34,526 nt of DNA from Bdellovibrionales bacterium (GCA_050250255.1 JBFWOZ010000029.1:1-34526); one strand, 5' to 3'. Positions 7,634 to 18,267 are shown, numbered from the stretch's first letter. A program made the numbers and translations. Notes: generated by a model from the sequence alone, not told the origin.

Positions 7634-9628
7634 TTAGTTCTGCGACATGAAAACGAACGGGAATGCCACAACCGCTACCTGGTCAGCAGGCGGCTCTGGA
7701 AATCTCCACGTCTTCAAATGTCCAATCATACATTGTTCTACTATGCTGTTATTCAAAGTTGAGCTCTTCACTCGTGCAGAAAGCACACGCCCCCTATCGC
7801 CAATCTCCCACTCAAGTAAGATTTTTCCGTGGAGACCAGGATCTTGATTCAACGCTTTTTCGTAACAAGCTTGAATTTGGCGTGCGTTCGCTTTTACCAC
7901 TCGACGAATTCCTTCGCGATCGATCGTTCCGGTGAAAGCTTCGCCATCACCACCAGGAATCACCGTTGCATTTCCTTTTTCACCGAGAGTGCCGGTTCCA
8001 TAACCAGAAACACCACCGCCGCGACCTTTTGTTTGTATTCCAGAGATTCCAAACGTTGATTCGCCTTTTCCGCTCTTACCAATATCTTTTGTACCCGCAC
8101 CAGGAACAGTTCCGGCTCCAGCACCTATCTCAGCGCCTGCGCCCGTAGCGGTTTGGCCTAAGCCACCCACAAGACCCGCACCCTTATCTGTTTGTCGCAG
8201 TTGTGCCTGCGTTCCTTTTGCACCGAACACACTGAGTAAACCTGTTTTTGAAACATCTTTCGGTGCCGGAGGTGCTGGCGTTGCAGCTGCGGCTTCTTTT
8301 TGTTTTGTCTCTTTAGCCGCGGAACCTTTTTTGATTCCCTTATCTTTTCCTGGATTAGCGGTTGTTGGCTTCACTTCTGTTGCGGGCTTGTTATGTCTTG
8401 GAGCATCGGATGCTGCACCCTTTGCGGCATCAACCGCTTTTTTTTCTTCTTTCGGTGCTTCTTTATTTCCGGCGGCCTCTTCGGTCACTTCAACTCGTTT
8501 TTTATAAATAAATTGGGCTTTACGAGGTGGCTCTTCCTGAGGAATTTCTTCTGTCTTAATGTTTGGTGCGTACACAAGAAGATAAAGACCAAGAATGGCG
8601 CTCGCCACTAGCGTCGCGATAGCACCTACAAGTTCACTCGAGCTAAGATCAAAAAATGGAGCCGTGATCGGCTTAGCACCAGATGATGTGTAGCGAACTA
8701 AAACAGAAACTCCTCCACCAAAATGGACCTTTGCCATCTCTCCCTGCTGCAGAGTTAACGAGCTCCCTGCACCGCCGGGGATGAGTCGATTTTGTACACG
8801 TAAATCTTGCTGTGTAACAACTTTTCCATTCTCTGAAGTCACCTCGACCGTCATGCTGTCAGTCACGAGTAACGTGACAAGCGCTTCAATTTTTAAGAAC
8901 GGGTGTTTCACATGACTAGAACCAAAAACCGGTAAAATAATTTTGTTACTCGGATGAGACCCAACGGTCACGATGCCATGATCTTCAAACTGTTTTGTCT
9001 CGATGATTCTTTCATTCCAGGCGACCAAAATCTCAACGACGTTTCCTTTTTCAGGCTTAACGATTTGATAAACTTCGCTCACCTGACTTGGAGGCGCATA
9101 AGTTCCGTGAGTGGTCTGAGAAACACGAGGAGCCGATGGCGTTGGATTTTTATTTTGAGGTCTAGAGGGAAGAGGCACCCCTTGCGTATCAATACCCATT
9201 CCTTCACGCGAAAACTCTACCGGTTTTTGCGGTGTGGGCGTGACAGGCTTTGCAGTCACCGAAGGCGGAACACTCGCCGTTGGCGCTTCTGATTTTTTCT
9301 CAAAAGCAGGCGGTGGAGCTTTTGGCTTTGGTACTCCAACATAAAATTCTACGCGGAATGGGCCAATTGTAATTTCATCGCCAGACATGATGGCAGAATC
9401 GAGAATCTTTTTCCCGTTAACAAATGTACCGGACTCAGAACCTAAATCGCAGATGAAGTACTTTCCTTCACGCTCTTCAACCATCGAGTGTACCGGTGAT
9501 ACTCCGTGAGCATCCAATTGAAGAGTGTTCTCGTAAGACTGTCCAACGATAATCTGTGATTCCTGGAACTGCTTCACAGAAATCAATTCATTATTTTTAT
9601 ATACTCTAAAAAATAATAATTGTTTCAT
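7634..9628 (-). CDS. gltG: FHA + TM + TonB-C-like (AgmX/PglI C-terminal) gliding protein, GltG-like
   Basis: N-terminal FHA-like (VSPVHS, DLGSESGTFVNG), Pro-rich linker, single TM, Gly-rich region, C-terminal IRRVVKAN...IQACYEKAL...CMIGHLKTWRFPEP. Confidence 0.88.
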   Translation of the reverse strand: MKQLLFFRVYKNNELISVKQFQESQIIVGQSYENTLQLDAHGVSPVHSMVEEREGKYFICDLGSESGTFVNGKKILDSAIMSGDEITIGPFRVEFYVGVPKPKAPPPAFEKKSEAPTASVPPSVTAKPVTPTPQKPVEFSREGMGIDTQGVPLPSRPQNKNPTPSAPRVSQTTHGTYAPPSQVSEVYQIVKPEKGNVVEILVAWNERIIETKQFEDHGIVTVGSHPSNKIILPVFGSSHVKHPFLKIEALVTLLVTDSMTVEVTSENGKVVTQQDLRVQNRLIPGGAGSSLTLQQGEMAKVHFGGGVSVLVRYTSSGAKPITAPFFDLSSSELVGAIATLVASAILGLYLLVYAPNIKTEEIPQEEPPRKAQFIYKKRVEVTEEAAGNKEAPKEEKKAVDAAKGAASDAPRHNKPATEVKPTTANPGKDKGIKKGSAAKETKQKEAAAATPAPPAPKDVSKTGLLSVFGAKGTQAQLRQTDKGAGLVGGLGQTATGAGAEIGAGAGTVPGAGTKDIGKSGKGESTFGISGIQTKGRGGGVSGYGTGTLGEKGNATVIPGGDGEAFTGTIDREGIRRVVKANARQIQACYEKALNQDPGLHGKILLEWEIGDRGRVLSARVKSSTLNNSIVEQCMIGHLKTWRFPEPPADQVAVVAFPFVFMSQN

Positions 9629-9630
9629 AG

Positions 9631-9948
9631 TTAACTACCGCCTCTTCTTTCCACTTCTTCAGAGGTCTTCTTCATTTCTAACAAAAAATTCTCTCGTAAT
9701 TTAATAAGTCGTCCAAAGTTAAATTGCTTCTTTTGCAGAAAGTAAAAAAAGTCAGGCTTGTTCAACTCACCCTGAATCAGTTGATCTTCAAAATTGACAG
9801 AGGTTTTCTTTTTTTGTGCTTCTCTCTGCGAAGCACTTTGTGCCTGAACACCGAGTGGGCTTAATAAGAGACTCCAGCAAAAAACGACCTTCGCTAAGCG
9901 AAAGAATTCTTGATTTAAAATAGAAGAAGCTTTTTTCAGCGTCCTCAA
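9631..9948 (-). CDS. gltF: Small exported gliding protein, GltF/CglF-like
   Basis: VNFEDQLIQGELNKPD...LIKLRENF matches the CglF/GltF pattern; signal peptide; TTG start with GGAGG RBS; between gltE and gltG. Confidence 0.75.
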   Translation of the reverse strand: MRTLKKASSILNQEFFRLAKVVFCWSLLLSPLGVQAQSASQREAQKKKTSVNFEDQLIQGELNKPDFFYFLQKKQFNFGRLIKLRENFLLEMKKTSEEVERRGGS

Positions 9949-10000
9949 TTTTCCTCCGTAAAAATTGAAGTCCAGGATCTCTCTAGACTCTAAAGTCTTT

Positions 10001-10843
10001 TTATTTAATGGCCTCTGCTCGGTTTGACAGATCGTCCACCTTTTTTAGTATATCAGCGTCCTGAGTTAAAAATCTAATTTTATTAATGATCTTAAGACCT
10101 TGTTTCTTTGACTTAAGTTGATCAATCAGAAGACTAGCATAGTTCAACAAAACGGCTGGACTATTGCTGTTCTCGGCCTTGAACTCTTCATACACATCTT
10201 CCGCTTCATTCAAACGTCCAGCTAACCGCAAAGCCTCAGCATAGTGGGGTCCCGCCACTTCTTTACGATGTAAAGAAGCAAATGCTTTCTTTAAAAGTGG
10301 AAGTGCGCTGACGTAATTCTTACTCTTCATGTAAATCACGCCCAAATGATAATTCGCCTCAGCATGACTTTCGTCAAGAGTGAGCGCGCGACGAAACTCA
10401 GTCGACGCCTCTCGCACTTTGTCCTCTGACAAAAGAATTAAGCCTAAGTTGTTCGCCAAAGTTGCGGAATTAGGATGAGCGCGAATGGCTTTCGCGAGTG
10501 GGATTTTTGCGAGCTGCGGTCTTCCTGATGAGTAATAAAACATTGCAAGCCCATTGAGAACTTTAAGATTCGTAGGTTGCATTGCGAGGATTTTTGAAGC
10601 CTCTTGAGACACTGCCGAATCATTTCCACTACGAATAGCTTTAGCAAAGGCATCGTAAGCCGAATCACTCTTGATTTCGATATTCGTAGCGCGAATCTCC
10701 CCTGGATCAGAAGTGCTTCCGCCCATCTCATCGTCACTTAAAAGAACAGGTCCCGACGGAGAAGAAGCTCCACTTGTTGAAGCTTTTTGTCCTGAGGAAC
10801 ACGCTGATAAAATAAAAAGAGAGACTAATAGTAGGCGATGCAT
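10001..10843 (-). CDS. gltE: TPR lipoprotein, GltE/AglT-like
   Basis: Lipobox LSAC; TPR repeats (ANNLGLILL, ANYHLGVIY); position between gltD and gltF. Confidence 0.75.
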   Translation of the reverse strand: MHRLLLVSLFILSACSSGQKASTSGASSPSGPVLLSDDEMGGSTSDPGEIRATNIEIKSDSAYDAFAKAIRSGNDSAVSQEASKILAMQPTNLKVLNGLAMFYYSSGRPQLAKIPLAKAIRAHPNSATLANNLGLILLSEDKVREASTEFRRALTLDESHAEANYHLGVIYMKSKNYVSALPLLKKAFASLHRKEVAGPHYAEALRLAGRLNEAEDVYEEFKAENSNSPAVLLNYASLLIDQLKSKKQGLKIINKIRFLTQDADILKKVDDLSNRAEAIK

Positions 10844-10844
10844 T

Positions 10845-13800
10845 TTATAACCCCATCAAATCTGGCACACGCTCAGAATTTAGCGGTTCGCCAGGACTTG
10901 GAACACTGCCCGGTTTAAGCACATTTAAACTTCTCATCGAAGAAATCACAATTTCATTATTCGCGTTCAATTCATAAGAGCGATTCACAGCCGCCTGAAA
11001 ATTATCAAGTGCCTTTTGACGAAAAGGCTCCGTGATTTTCGCGATTCCTTGTTTATACTGCTCGAGCTCTTGAGCATTTAAACCTCTAGGGAGCGGAGTT
11101 CCTTCAATCGCTTTCACCATGTGATCATAACCTTGACCCACGAGCGAGAGCGCACCCACCACTTGATCACCAGAATCGTACTTAATGACCTTCGCGAGCT
11201 CGAGGTTCATTTCATTGAGAAGCTTTAACTTTTTATCAACCGCTGCGGATTGCTGCGCTGGATTTGCAGGGATACGAATAGCTTTCAAAGAATCCAAAAG
11301 CGGTTTTGTTAGACGAAATTTCGCCTCGGCCGCAAACCAGGCTCCTACACCCTTTGTTTGATTCGCTAGACGTCGCTGAACTGCGATAGTCTTTTCGTAA
11401 TATTCTTTAGCTTCGCTTCGACGACGCATACGATCCGCGTAGTCTGCAATTTTGTAATGAGCTTCTACGATATGGTAATGGTTGCGTGGACCGTTCTTAA
11501 GATATTCTTTGTAGTACGCAATGGCCCGCGCATAGGCTTTTTGTCTTTCAAAAAGCTCCGCGATCGAATAAAAAACTTCGCCACGATCTTTTTTACGAGA
11601 TTTCTCGTAATACATTTCAAAATTTTTGACCGCCTGAGGATACATCTTTAAACCCGCCTGCATAACGGCTGCGTTGTAATGATAATCAGCGACCAGCGGG
11701 TCTTTCGGATCGGTCTTCGTTAAAACCACATATTCTTGAGCCGCACGATAGTACTGGCCCGTATCATCATACAATTTTGCAAGGATGCGTTTACTTTTAG
11801 TCCTTAAACCTTCGCTTGGTTTGTCTTTGGAGTTCGCGACGGCATTATACATGCGAATCGCCTCGAGAGATTGGCCCGCACGTTCGTAGTTCACGGCAGC
11901 GTTAAATTGAGCGCTTGTTGAAAGTTCGGAGCGTCTATTAGATCTTGCGAAGCTTTCGTAACCTTTAGCACTTTCTAGATAATTCTTTCCAACTTCAAGA
12001 TCTTGAGCCTTTTTAAATTGTGCGCGCTCAACAATTCCCTTCACATCGGCACCAAAACCACTCCTTGCAAGCTCAGGGATTTGAAGCATTTCGTTTGCGG
12101 CTCGAGTTAAGCCGTCATAATCCTTGCGTAAGTTATAAATATCGAGAATCAAGTTCGCAGCGTAAGGCGTATTGGAAGACTTAGGATATTTTTTGATGAC
12201 TTCCCAAAAATAAGAAAGCGCTTCATCCAGATGGTTAAAAGCATAGTGAAGTCGACCAAGCTTGAATTTTACATCGTCCACTTTATCGCCTTTAGGAAAG
12301 GCGTTCACATAGCGCTTGGCCGATGCTTCAAAGTTCTTCTCGGCGTCTGTAAACTCAACCGGATTGATAGACTTCCCAATACGTTTTGAAATTTCATCAT
12401 CGCTGGGCAATTCCTTTTCAAGTGCCAGAAGCATGTTCACGATGGCCATCTCTTGATACTTGGTGTTTACACCGTTATCCGCAACCCATAGGTATTGGGC
12501 GCCGGCATCTTTATAGCGACCCATATCAAAAAGAAGTTCTCCATAGAAGAATCTCATCTCGATGATATTTTTAGATTCCGGAAACGCCTTTACATATAAA
12601 TCGTAACCCTGAGCCGACGTCGATTGTGAGAAAGAAGCACGGCTCGCCTGAGCGGACTTATGTAAATGGAGAGTGTGATTACGCAAAGTACTTTCACGAA
12701 GTTCGTACGCCTTTGTCATCAACTCTTTATCACGAGAATTTGCGCGTGCCCAATCGCTTCCGCTTCCGTAATTCACAATCCAGTCATAGAGTTCTTTACG
12801 AAATGTTTTTTGATCTCCACTGGCCGCATAGTTCATAACAATTTGATATTGGTAATCAAATGCTTTTGGAGCGGTCGGCTTAATTTCAAGAAGACGACGG
12901 AAAGTGAATTTCGCACCCTCTCTTTTGCCAAGATCAGAGTAATGATATCCGAGCTTTTCGAGAAGTGAAAACGTAAGTTTATCTCCAGCGAGATTCGTAA
13001 AATAAGCCTCGGCGCCACGTGGATCACCAACTTCAGCATAAAATACGATGAGATCTTTTAAAGCTTCTGAAGCAAGCCGAATACGGTTTACCGCACGCCC
13101 TTTACCGTCTTCATCCACCCCACCTTTTTGTCGGCTGACTTTAACGACCGACTCTAAAGAGCTGATCGCCTGTCTGACTTTGCCTGTGCGGTAATAACAC
13201 CAGCCCGCTTTGTAAAGAGCGAAGGTGTAGAGCCTCGCACGGCGATTCGCAATCACCGCTTGGTAGTAGCGAAGAGCGTTCTTCCAGTCGTTATTTTCAA
13301 AGTAGTATTCGCCGAGTGCAAAGTTTGATTCACTCACGTAAGGACTGTTTTTATATTCGCGAGTGAGGCGATCGTAATGCTTTAACCCTTCTTTGATCTG
13401 ACCAAGCTCAAAATAGTTATAACCTAAAAAGAAGAGAGCTTGATCAACGCGACTATCTTTTGGAAAGTCTTTTAAAAACCATTCATAGAGTTGGATCGCT
13501 TTTTTATTATATTCTTTTGCCAAGTTGAGGTCTAGACGTGGGCGGCCTGCACGACCCGCTTTTTGCATCGCCTCTAACTGCTTATCGTATTCATCACGCT
13601 TACGTGTTTCAATCAGTCGCGATTTTTCAGAATAGAGCTCTGCGAGACGCAGCCAAATTTCGCCACGATTAGGGCTCGTCTTATGCTTTTGCATAATTTT
13701 ATAGAGCTGAGCGATACTTTGATCCGTGATTTTTTCAATTTTTGCTTCGTCCGTAGATTCAGCTCTAAAAATTTCAGAAGAACTAGGAGGTTTAATCGCA

Positions 13801-14072
13801 CGAATGTCTTTAGGTGCAGGTGGAGGCGCTAAAAGCTCAGAACGAGGGAGCTGTGTTTTATATTTAGTAATCTCAAGGCTACGACCCTTGTATTGAGATT
13901 TAATGTTGCTAAGAATTTCTCCTACGGTTTTAGGCTTCGCGTTAGCTGCTACTTTAACGTTCTTTGCCTTTCCGTTCGAAGAAAAATCTGCCGATTCCTC
14001 TTGCGCGAACGCAGCAGAAATAAACGCAAAAGTCACAAATATGAGTACCGCTTGCTTTTTCAACTTACTCAC
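10845..14072 (-). CDS. gltD: Large exported TPR protein, GltD/AgmU-like
   Basis: 1075 aa, signal peptide, LRLAELY and DQALFFLGY motifs, many TPRs, C-terminal PLPRGLNAQELEQY. Confidence 0.88.
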   Translation of the reverse strand: MSKLKKQAVLIFVTFAFISAAFAQEESADFSSNGKAKNVKVAANAKPKTVGEILSNIKSQYKGRSLEITKYKTQLPRSELLAPPPAPKDIRAIKPPSSSEIFRAESTDEAKIEKITDQSIAQLYKIMQKHKTSPNRGEIWLRLAELYSEKSRLIETRKRDEYDKQLEAMQKAGRAGRPRLDLNLAKEYNKKAIQLYEWFLKDFPKDSRVDQALFFLGYNYFELGQIKEGLKHYDRLTREYKNSPYVSESNFALGEYYFENNDWKNALRYYQAVIANRRARLYTFALYKAGWCYYRTGKVRQAISSLESVVKVSRQKGGVDEDGKGRAVNRIRLASEALKDLIVFYAEVGDPRGAEAYFTNLAGDKLTFSLLEKLGYHYSDLGKREGAKFTFRRLLEIKPTAPKAFDYQYQIVMNYAASGDQKTFRKELYDWIVNYGSGSDWARANSRDKELMTKAYELRESTLRNHTLHLHKSAQASRASFSQSTSAQGYDLYVKAFPESKNIIEMRFFYGELLFDMGRYKDAGAQYLWVADNGVNTKYQEMAIVNMLLALEKELPSDDEISKRIGKSINPVEFTDAEKNFEASAKRYVNAFPKGDKVDDVKFKLGRLHYAFNHLDEALSYFWEVIKKYPKSSNTPYAANLILDIYNLRKDYDGLTRAANEMLQIPELARSGFGADVKGIVERAQFKKAQDLEVGKNYLESAKGYESFARSNRRSELSTSAQFNAAVNYERAGQSLEAIRMYNAVANSKDKPSEGLRTKSKRILAKLYDDTGQYYRAAQEYVVLTKTDPKDPLVADYHYNAAVMQAGLKMYPQAVKNFEMYYEKSRKKDRGEVFYSIAELFERQKAYARAIAYYKEYLKNGPRNHYHIVEAHYKIADYADRMRRRSEAKEYYEKTIAVQRRLANQTKGVGAWFAAEAKFRLTKPLLDSLKAIRIPANPAQQSAAVDKKLKLLNEMNLELAKVIKYDSGDQVVGALSLVGQGYDHMVKAIEGTPLPRGLNAQELEQYKQGIAKITEPFRQKALDNFQAAVNRSYELNANNEIVISSMRSLNVLKPGSVPSPGEPLNSERVPDLMGL

Positions 14073-15795
14073 AAGATTGATTTCCTAAATAAAAGTAATT
14101 TCCAATTTCATCGAGCCAATACTCACCACTAAATGGCCAATATTCATATCCATTTTGAATGTAATAACTGCGACTGCTGTCCTGCTCGCCGGCTTTACCG
14201 ACAAGACCCTTGCCAGCCATTTTTTTCTTAAGAGCTTCTTTTTTAGAAGTCAGAAGTTCGTACTTTGCGAAACCATTTTGCTCTGATAATTCGCGTAAAT
14301 CCTTATAGACTTCAATCATGTGGTTACGAATCAACCGACCCGCACGTTCTTTGCCGGCCGCTAAACGCGAAGCGAGCGCACGTCTCACGAAATCACCAAT
14401 CGGGCTTGTTCTCCAAGAACTAGGCTCTAACTGTAAGGTCTGCATCTCTTCCTTCAAGCGATTGATGTACTTTTGGTTGCGTTGCACATCTCCTTCTTTT
14501 AAAACCCGGCGAGCTACGAGGAATGGGATTGGAAGTCGCTCTCTCATCTCACGATTCACCTTAAGTTCTTCATACTGAGCAATAACCGTTTCTACGGACG
14601 CATAATATTTTTTCAAATCCAACTTGTTGTTTCGAATAAAGGTCGCCAAATTACGAAGTACCGGTGAATACACGCGATCAAAGAGTCCAATTGTTTTTTC
14701 CATTTCGTCGTACTGACAGATATAGAGATAAACGATGGATCGTAAGAGCACCGATTCTGGTAAATAAAAATCTTCGTAATAAGGACTATGGAGAGAGTGG
14801 AAATTACTTAAAACCGCTCGGAATCGAGAACTTCTCATCTGGGCCCAACTCATTTCAAAAAGAGCTTCGTGCCACATCTCGCTATCTCGCGGAACACGAC
14901 GGTAGAACTCAATGGAACGTTCCCAATTTTTCTTTTGATAATAAACTCGAGCAAGACCCATAAGTCCCGCCACACGATTTTTATCCGTCACACTCGCACC
15001 ACGGCGAGCTCTTACTAAGGAGGCATAGGCCTTGAGAGCTGAGTTGGTGTCATTTTTTTCGGCAAACGCAAGCGCCTCTAAATATTTTGCTTGGCCATAA
15101 AAGGAGCTGTTGCGCGGTACCGCGCGGAAAGAAGCGATGGCTTTTTGATGTAGCCCACTACGATATTGATACTCACCAATACGGAAAAGGAGCATGTCTC
15201 TTTGTTTTGTTGGAAACTCTTCAAGTCGAATACGGGAGAGTGCGTAATTAAGAAGAGTATCGTCATTGAGAGCATCTGCCGCCATGGCTAACTTCTCGAG
15301 AGCACCGCGCATGTATTTGTTGTCACCTACTCGAATGACATCCACAAATTGGTAAGCCGCCGCTTGGTAAAATCTCATCTCATAAAGCATGAGACCCAAA
15401 ATGTATTTGATTTGCATCGCTTGGCCATTAAAACGAGGATCCCGTGAAAGCTTATAAAGACGTGTCGAAGCTTCACGATAACTTCCGTTTTTCGCCATAT
15501 CGAGAGCGGTCGCGAGCTCTTTTGCTTCCTGATCCGTAAGATTATTCACGGAAGTTCTAGGTTGTGGACGAAAAAAGCCATTCTTTTTCGATTTTCCATT
15601 TTGAGCGGGAGTACGATCTACGACTGCAAGCTCTTCATCCTCTTGATAAGAAGTTTCCACAGAAGGATCCGTACGATCAGGTACCATATCGTTTTGTGCG
15701 AGTAATTCGCCCGGCGGCACCAAGCTCACAGCTTGCCCCGAACTTACAGGAAGCGATAAAGAGAGACATATAAGAAGGCGAAGACAGTTTTTCAT
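14065..15795 (-). CDS. gltC: TPR gliding protein, GltC-like
   Basis: ALFEMSWA, HSLHSPYY..FYLPE and C-terminal YEYWPFSGEYWLDEIGNY...C are GltC-family features; follows two outer-membrane barrels. Confidence 0.85.
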   Translation of the reverse strand: MKNCLRLLICLSLSLPVSSGQAVSLVPPGELLAQNDMVPDRTDPSVETSYQEDEELAVVDRTPAQNGKSKKNGFFRPQPRTSVNNLTDQEAKELATALDMAKNGSYREASTRLYKLSRDPRFNGQAMQIKYILGLMLYEMRFYQAAAYQFVDVIRVGDNKYMRGALEKLAMAADALNDDTLLNYALSRIRLEEFPTKQRDMLLFRIGEYQYRSGLHQKAIASFRAVPRNSSFYGQAKYLEALAFAEKNDTNSALKAYASLVRARRGASVTDKNRVAGLMGLARVYYQKKNWERSIEFYRRVPRDSEMWHEALFEMSWAQMRSSRFRAVLSNFHSLHSPYYEDFYLPESVLLRSIVYLYICQYDEMEKTIGLFDRVYSPVLRNLATFIRNNKLDLKKYYASVETVIAQYEELKVNREMRERLPIPFLVARRVLKEGDVQRNQKYINRLKEEMQTLQLEPSSWRTSPIGDFVRRALASRLAAGKERAGRLIRNHMIEVYKDLRELSEQNGFAKYELLTSKKEALKKKMAGKGLVGKAGEQDSSRSYYIQNGYEYWPFSGEYWLDEIGNYFYLGNQSCE

Positions 15796-16586
15796 CTGTA
15801 TGTGGCCTCCGGAAAAAAGAAACTTGCACCCAGCATTGTGTAGATATTTGTAAAGGAGCTCGAAGTGCCAGCGCTCGAAGCTGTACTATACATATACCAA
15901 CTCACATCCCAGCGAAGAGCTATCCATTTAGACATCGCGTAAGTTTGCCCGGTACCTAAGTGGATAGTACCCGCGTTCGTGCCCTGATTTGTTTTTGTCA
16001 TTCCGTAACCTGCGGAAAAATAAAAATCGAAAGGAATGATCTTATGATCGAAGTATCCCATTTTTCCATAAATAGGCGTCCATTTAAAATCAGCTCCGTA
16101 ATAATATTGAGGAGCCACAAGAGTACGAGTCACGATTCCTCTTTCATTATTTAAATCCGAAGTGACTTTTCTTTCTCTTGTTCCTATGAGCATGGCATTA
16201 AGTTCAACGCTATAAGATTCCGTAAAATAATAAGCGGCGCGACCAGAAAGGGCCGTATTGGTAAAAAAGGCATCATTGATAATGAAACCAAGATTTGGGA
16301 AAAGTTCAAAACGGCCCGTCTTGGGTAAATATCTTTTTTGAATAACGGCAATGTCTTTGAATTCGGAAAGCGTTCCCAAACCAGAAACGTCTTTCACTTC
16401 TGGTAGAGTACGTGTCTCAGCTTCGGGAGGAGATTCTTGGGTAGATTCTGGTTTTTTCAAACTTTGCTCGAGCGCTGAATCAATGTCCGACGTCTCCGAG
16501 GTCGATGATGAGCCCGCCGTCGACCCACCTTGGGCCCAAGCTTGAAAACTGATGAAAAAACATAAAGTTGCTGTCCAACGTCGCAT
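15792..16586 (-). CDS. Outer membrane beta-barrel, GltA/GltB family
   Basis: Signal peptide; IAVIQKRYLPKTGRFEL, NDAFF, WTPIYGK, terminal GASFFFP; directly upstream of gltC (the GltA position by Myxococcus gene order). Confidence 0.85.
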   Translation of the reverse strand: MRRWTATLCFFISFQAWAQGGSTAGSSSTSETSDIDSALEQSLKKPESTQESPPEAETRTLPEVKDVSGLGTLSEFKDIAVIQKRYLPKTGRFELFPNLGFIINDAFFTNTALSGRAAYYFTESYSVELNAMLIGTRERKVTSDLNNERGIVTRTLVAPQYYYGADFKWTPIYGKMGYFDHKIIPFDFYFSAGYGMTKTNQGTNAGTIHLGTGQTYAMSKWIALRWDVSWYMYSTASSAGTSSSFTNIYTMLGASFFFPEATYR

Positions 16587-16689
16587 AATCTCTTCCTGAT
16601 TTTTCTGCCATTTTAGAATACAAAATTACATACCGATGCAGAAGCTCATATCGCAACTCCTAGACTTAGGCTCTGTCTAGGGTGTTTGT

Positions 16690-17427
16690 TTAAAGAAGGT
16701 AAATAAGACCCGCCGTGATGGCGATGTTCAACGTCATCACCCTCTCGTATTCTGAAACCGGAGGTGTTGTTGTGCGGTTTGTATGAGAGACCGAAACCGG
16801 ATTCACACCTTGATACATCAGTCCCCTCATATCGATTTTCATTCCCCAACGAGAGCCGAAAAATATATTCTGTCCAAGTCCTAAACCTAGTACCGGCGTC
16901 GAGGTATCACCTAGACCTAACATCCCCACTCCACCCGTGAAGAATGTCGAGAGATTAAAAACGGTTTGCTTGGTAATGCTCATTTTCCCATAAAAAGGGG
17001 TGAGCTCGTAAGAGAGAAGGAGCAAATGCTTCGGTTTTGGAAGAAGTTGATAGTTTGGTGGCGAAGCAGGAAAAACTTCGTTCAGTTGCGGCACATAAGA
17101 AGAGGACTGAGAGTTGATAACCGCACCTAAAAACTGAATCCCGCTAAACTCTGAAAGATGATAATTCGCCCACGCGCCCATAAGCGTTTGATCTACGAAA
17201 GCTTCGTTTACGGCCGTTCCAAAGAAACCACCAATTTCGATATGCTTCGCAAGACTCACGTTGCGATTTTTCACGGCCGTTGGATTATCAAATACCGGAA
17301 GCACCGATTCGCGAGCTAATTCTTCTACAGGAATTTCGACATCTTCATCGGCAGCCTGAGCATAAGTACCGACCATTCCGATTACAATCGCGAGAGCTAA
17401 TTTTTTCATATTCTTTAACGAATCCAT
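16690..17427 (-). CDS. Outer membrane beta-barrel, GltA/GltB family
   Basis: Signal peptide; AVKNRNV, NEAF, TPFYGKMS, terminal beta-strand AGLIYLL; paralog of the adjacent barrel. Confidence 0.85.
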   Translation of the reverse strand: MDSLKNMKKLALAIVIGMVGTYAQAADEDVEIPVEELARESVLPVFDNPTAVKNRNVSLAKHIEIGGFFGTAVNEAFVDQTLMGAWANYHLSEFSGIQFLGAVINSQSSSYVPQLNEVFPASPPNYQLLPKPKHLLLLSYELTPFYGKMSITKQTVFNLSTFFTGGVGMLGLGDTSTPVLGLGLGQNIFFGSRWGMKIDMRGLMYQGVNPVSVSHTNRTTTPPVSEYERVMTLNIAITAGLIYLL

Positions 17428-17445
17428 GATGCCTCTTTCAATTGC

Positions 17446-17937
17446 TCAAGAATAAAAACCGTACTTCAACAACCAGTCACAGATTTCACGAACTGCGCCT
17501 GTTCCACCAGCACATTTCGTAATGTACTTTGCCTTGCTCTTTGCTCCATCAACGCCGTTTGGGACACTTACACCCACGCCCACACGTTCAATCAGCGGGA
17601 TATCAAAAATTTCATCGCCAATGTACATGATCTCATTGGCCTTAAGTCCTGTTTTTTTAAGGATGTCTTCAAAGGATGGAACCTTATCCCCTACACCATC
17701 ATAGAAATGAGGAATTCCTAAGAACTCCATACGTGTTTTCACGTCTTCTGATTTACCACCGGTAATGACTCCCACCTGGTAGCCTTTTTCCATGAGAAGT
17801 TTCATCCCGACACCATCGTAAACACTAAAGATACGTTTCCATTGTTTATCCGTGTCGAGCCAAATGGTTCCGTCCGTCATGACACCATCGACGTCTGAAA
17901 TAAGCATTTTGATTTGCTTCAAGAGAGAAATATCCAT
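17446..17937 (-). CDS. kdsC: 3-deoxy-D-manno-octulosonate 8-phosphate phosphatase
   Basis: HAD motif DVDGVMTDG, FSVYDG.G, YIGDEIFD, GGTGAVREICD. Confidence 0.93.
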   Translation of the reverse strand: MDISLLKQIKMLISDVDGVMTDGTIWLDTDKQWKRIFSVYDGVGMKLLMEKGYQVGVITGGKSEDVKTRMEFLGIPHFYDGVGDKVPSFEDILKKTGLKANEIMYIGDEIFDIPLIERVGVGVSVPNGVDGAKSKAKYITKCAGGTGAVREICDWLLKYGFYS

Positions 17938-18267
17938 TGCATCATTGTGACTGAATTTTTTCGCTCGGAGAAGCTAACTCGTTGTCGAGATGGGCTTCGG
18001 TCTAGCTGCTATTAGTCTGAGTTTCGATTTTTTTAGCCTGTAGCTCGACATCTGAAAGCCCATTGTCTGCGCTTGCCGAAGCCCAAGCTTTAAGTCATAA
18101 GCTCTGCAATGTAGCATATGCGACCTTACTAGAATATGCCGTCTTTTACTCAACGGATACCGCTGATGCAACTCCGAGCGTGCATCTCGAGATCGACTCA
18201 CCAGAATTTTATTTTGTTCGCGACATGCTCTCAGGAATTCGCAAGTCGCGACAGCCTTGATAAAAAA

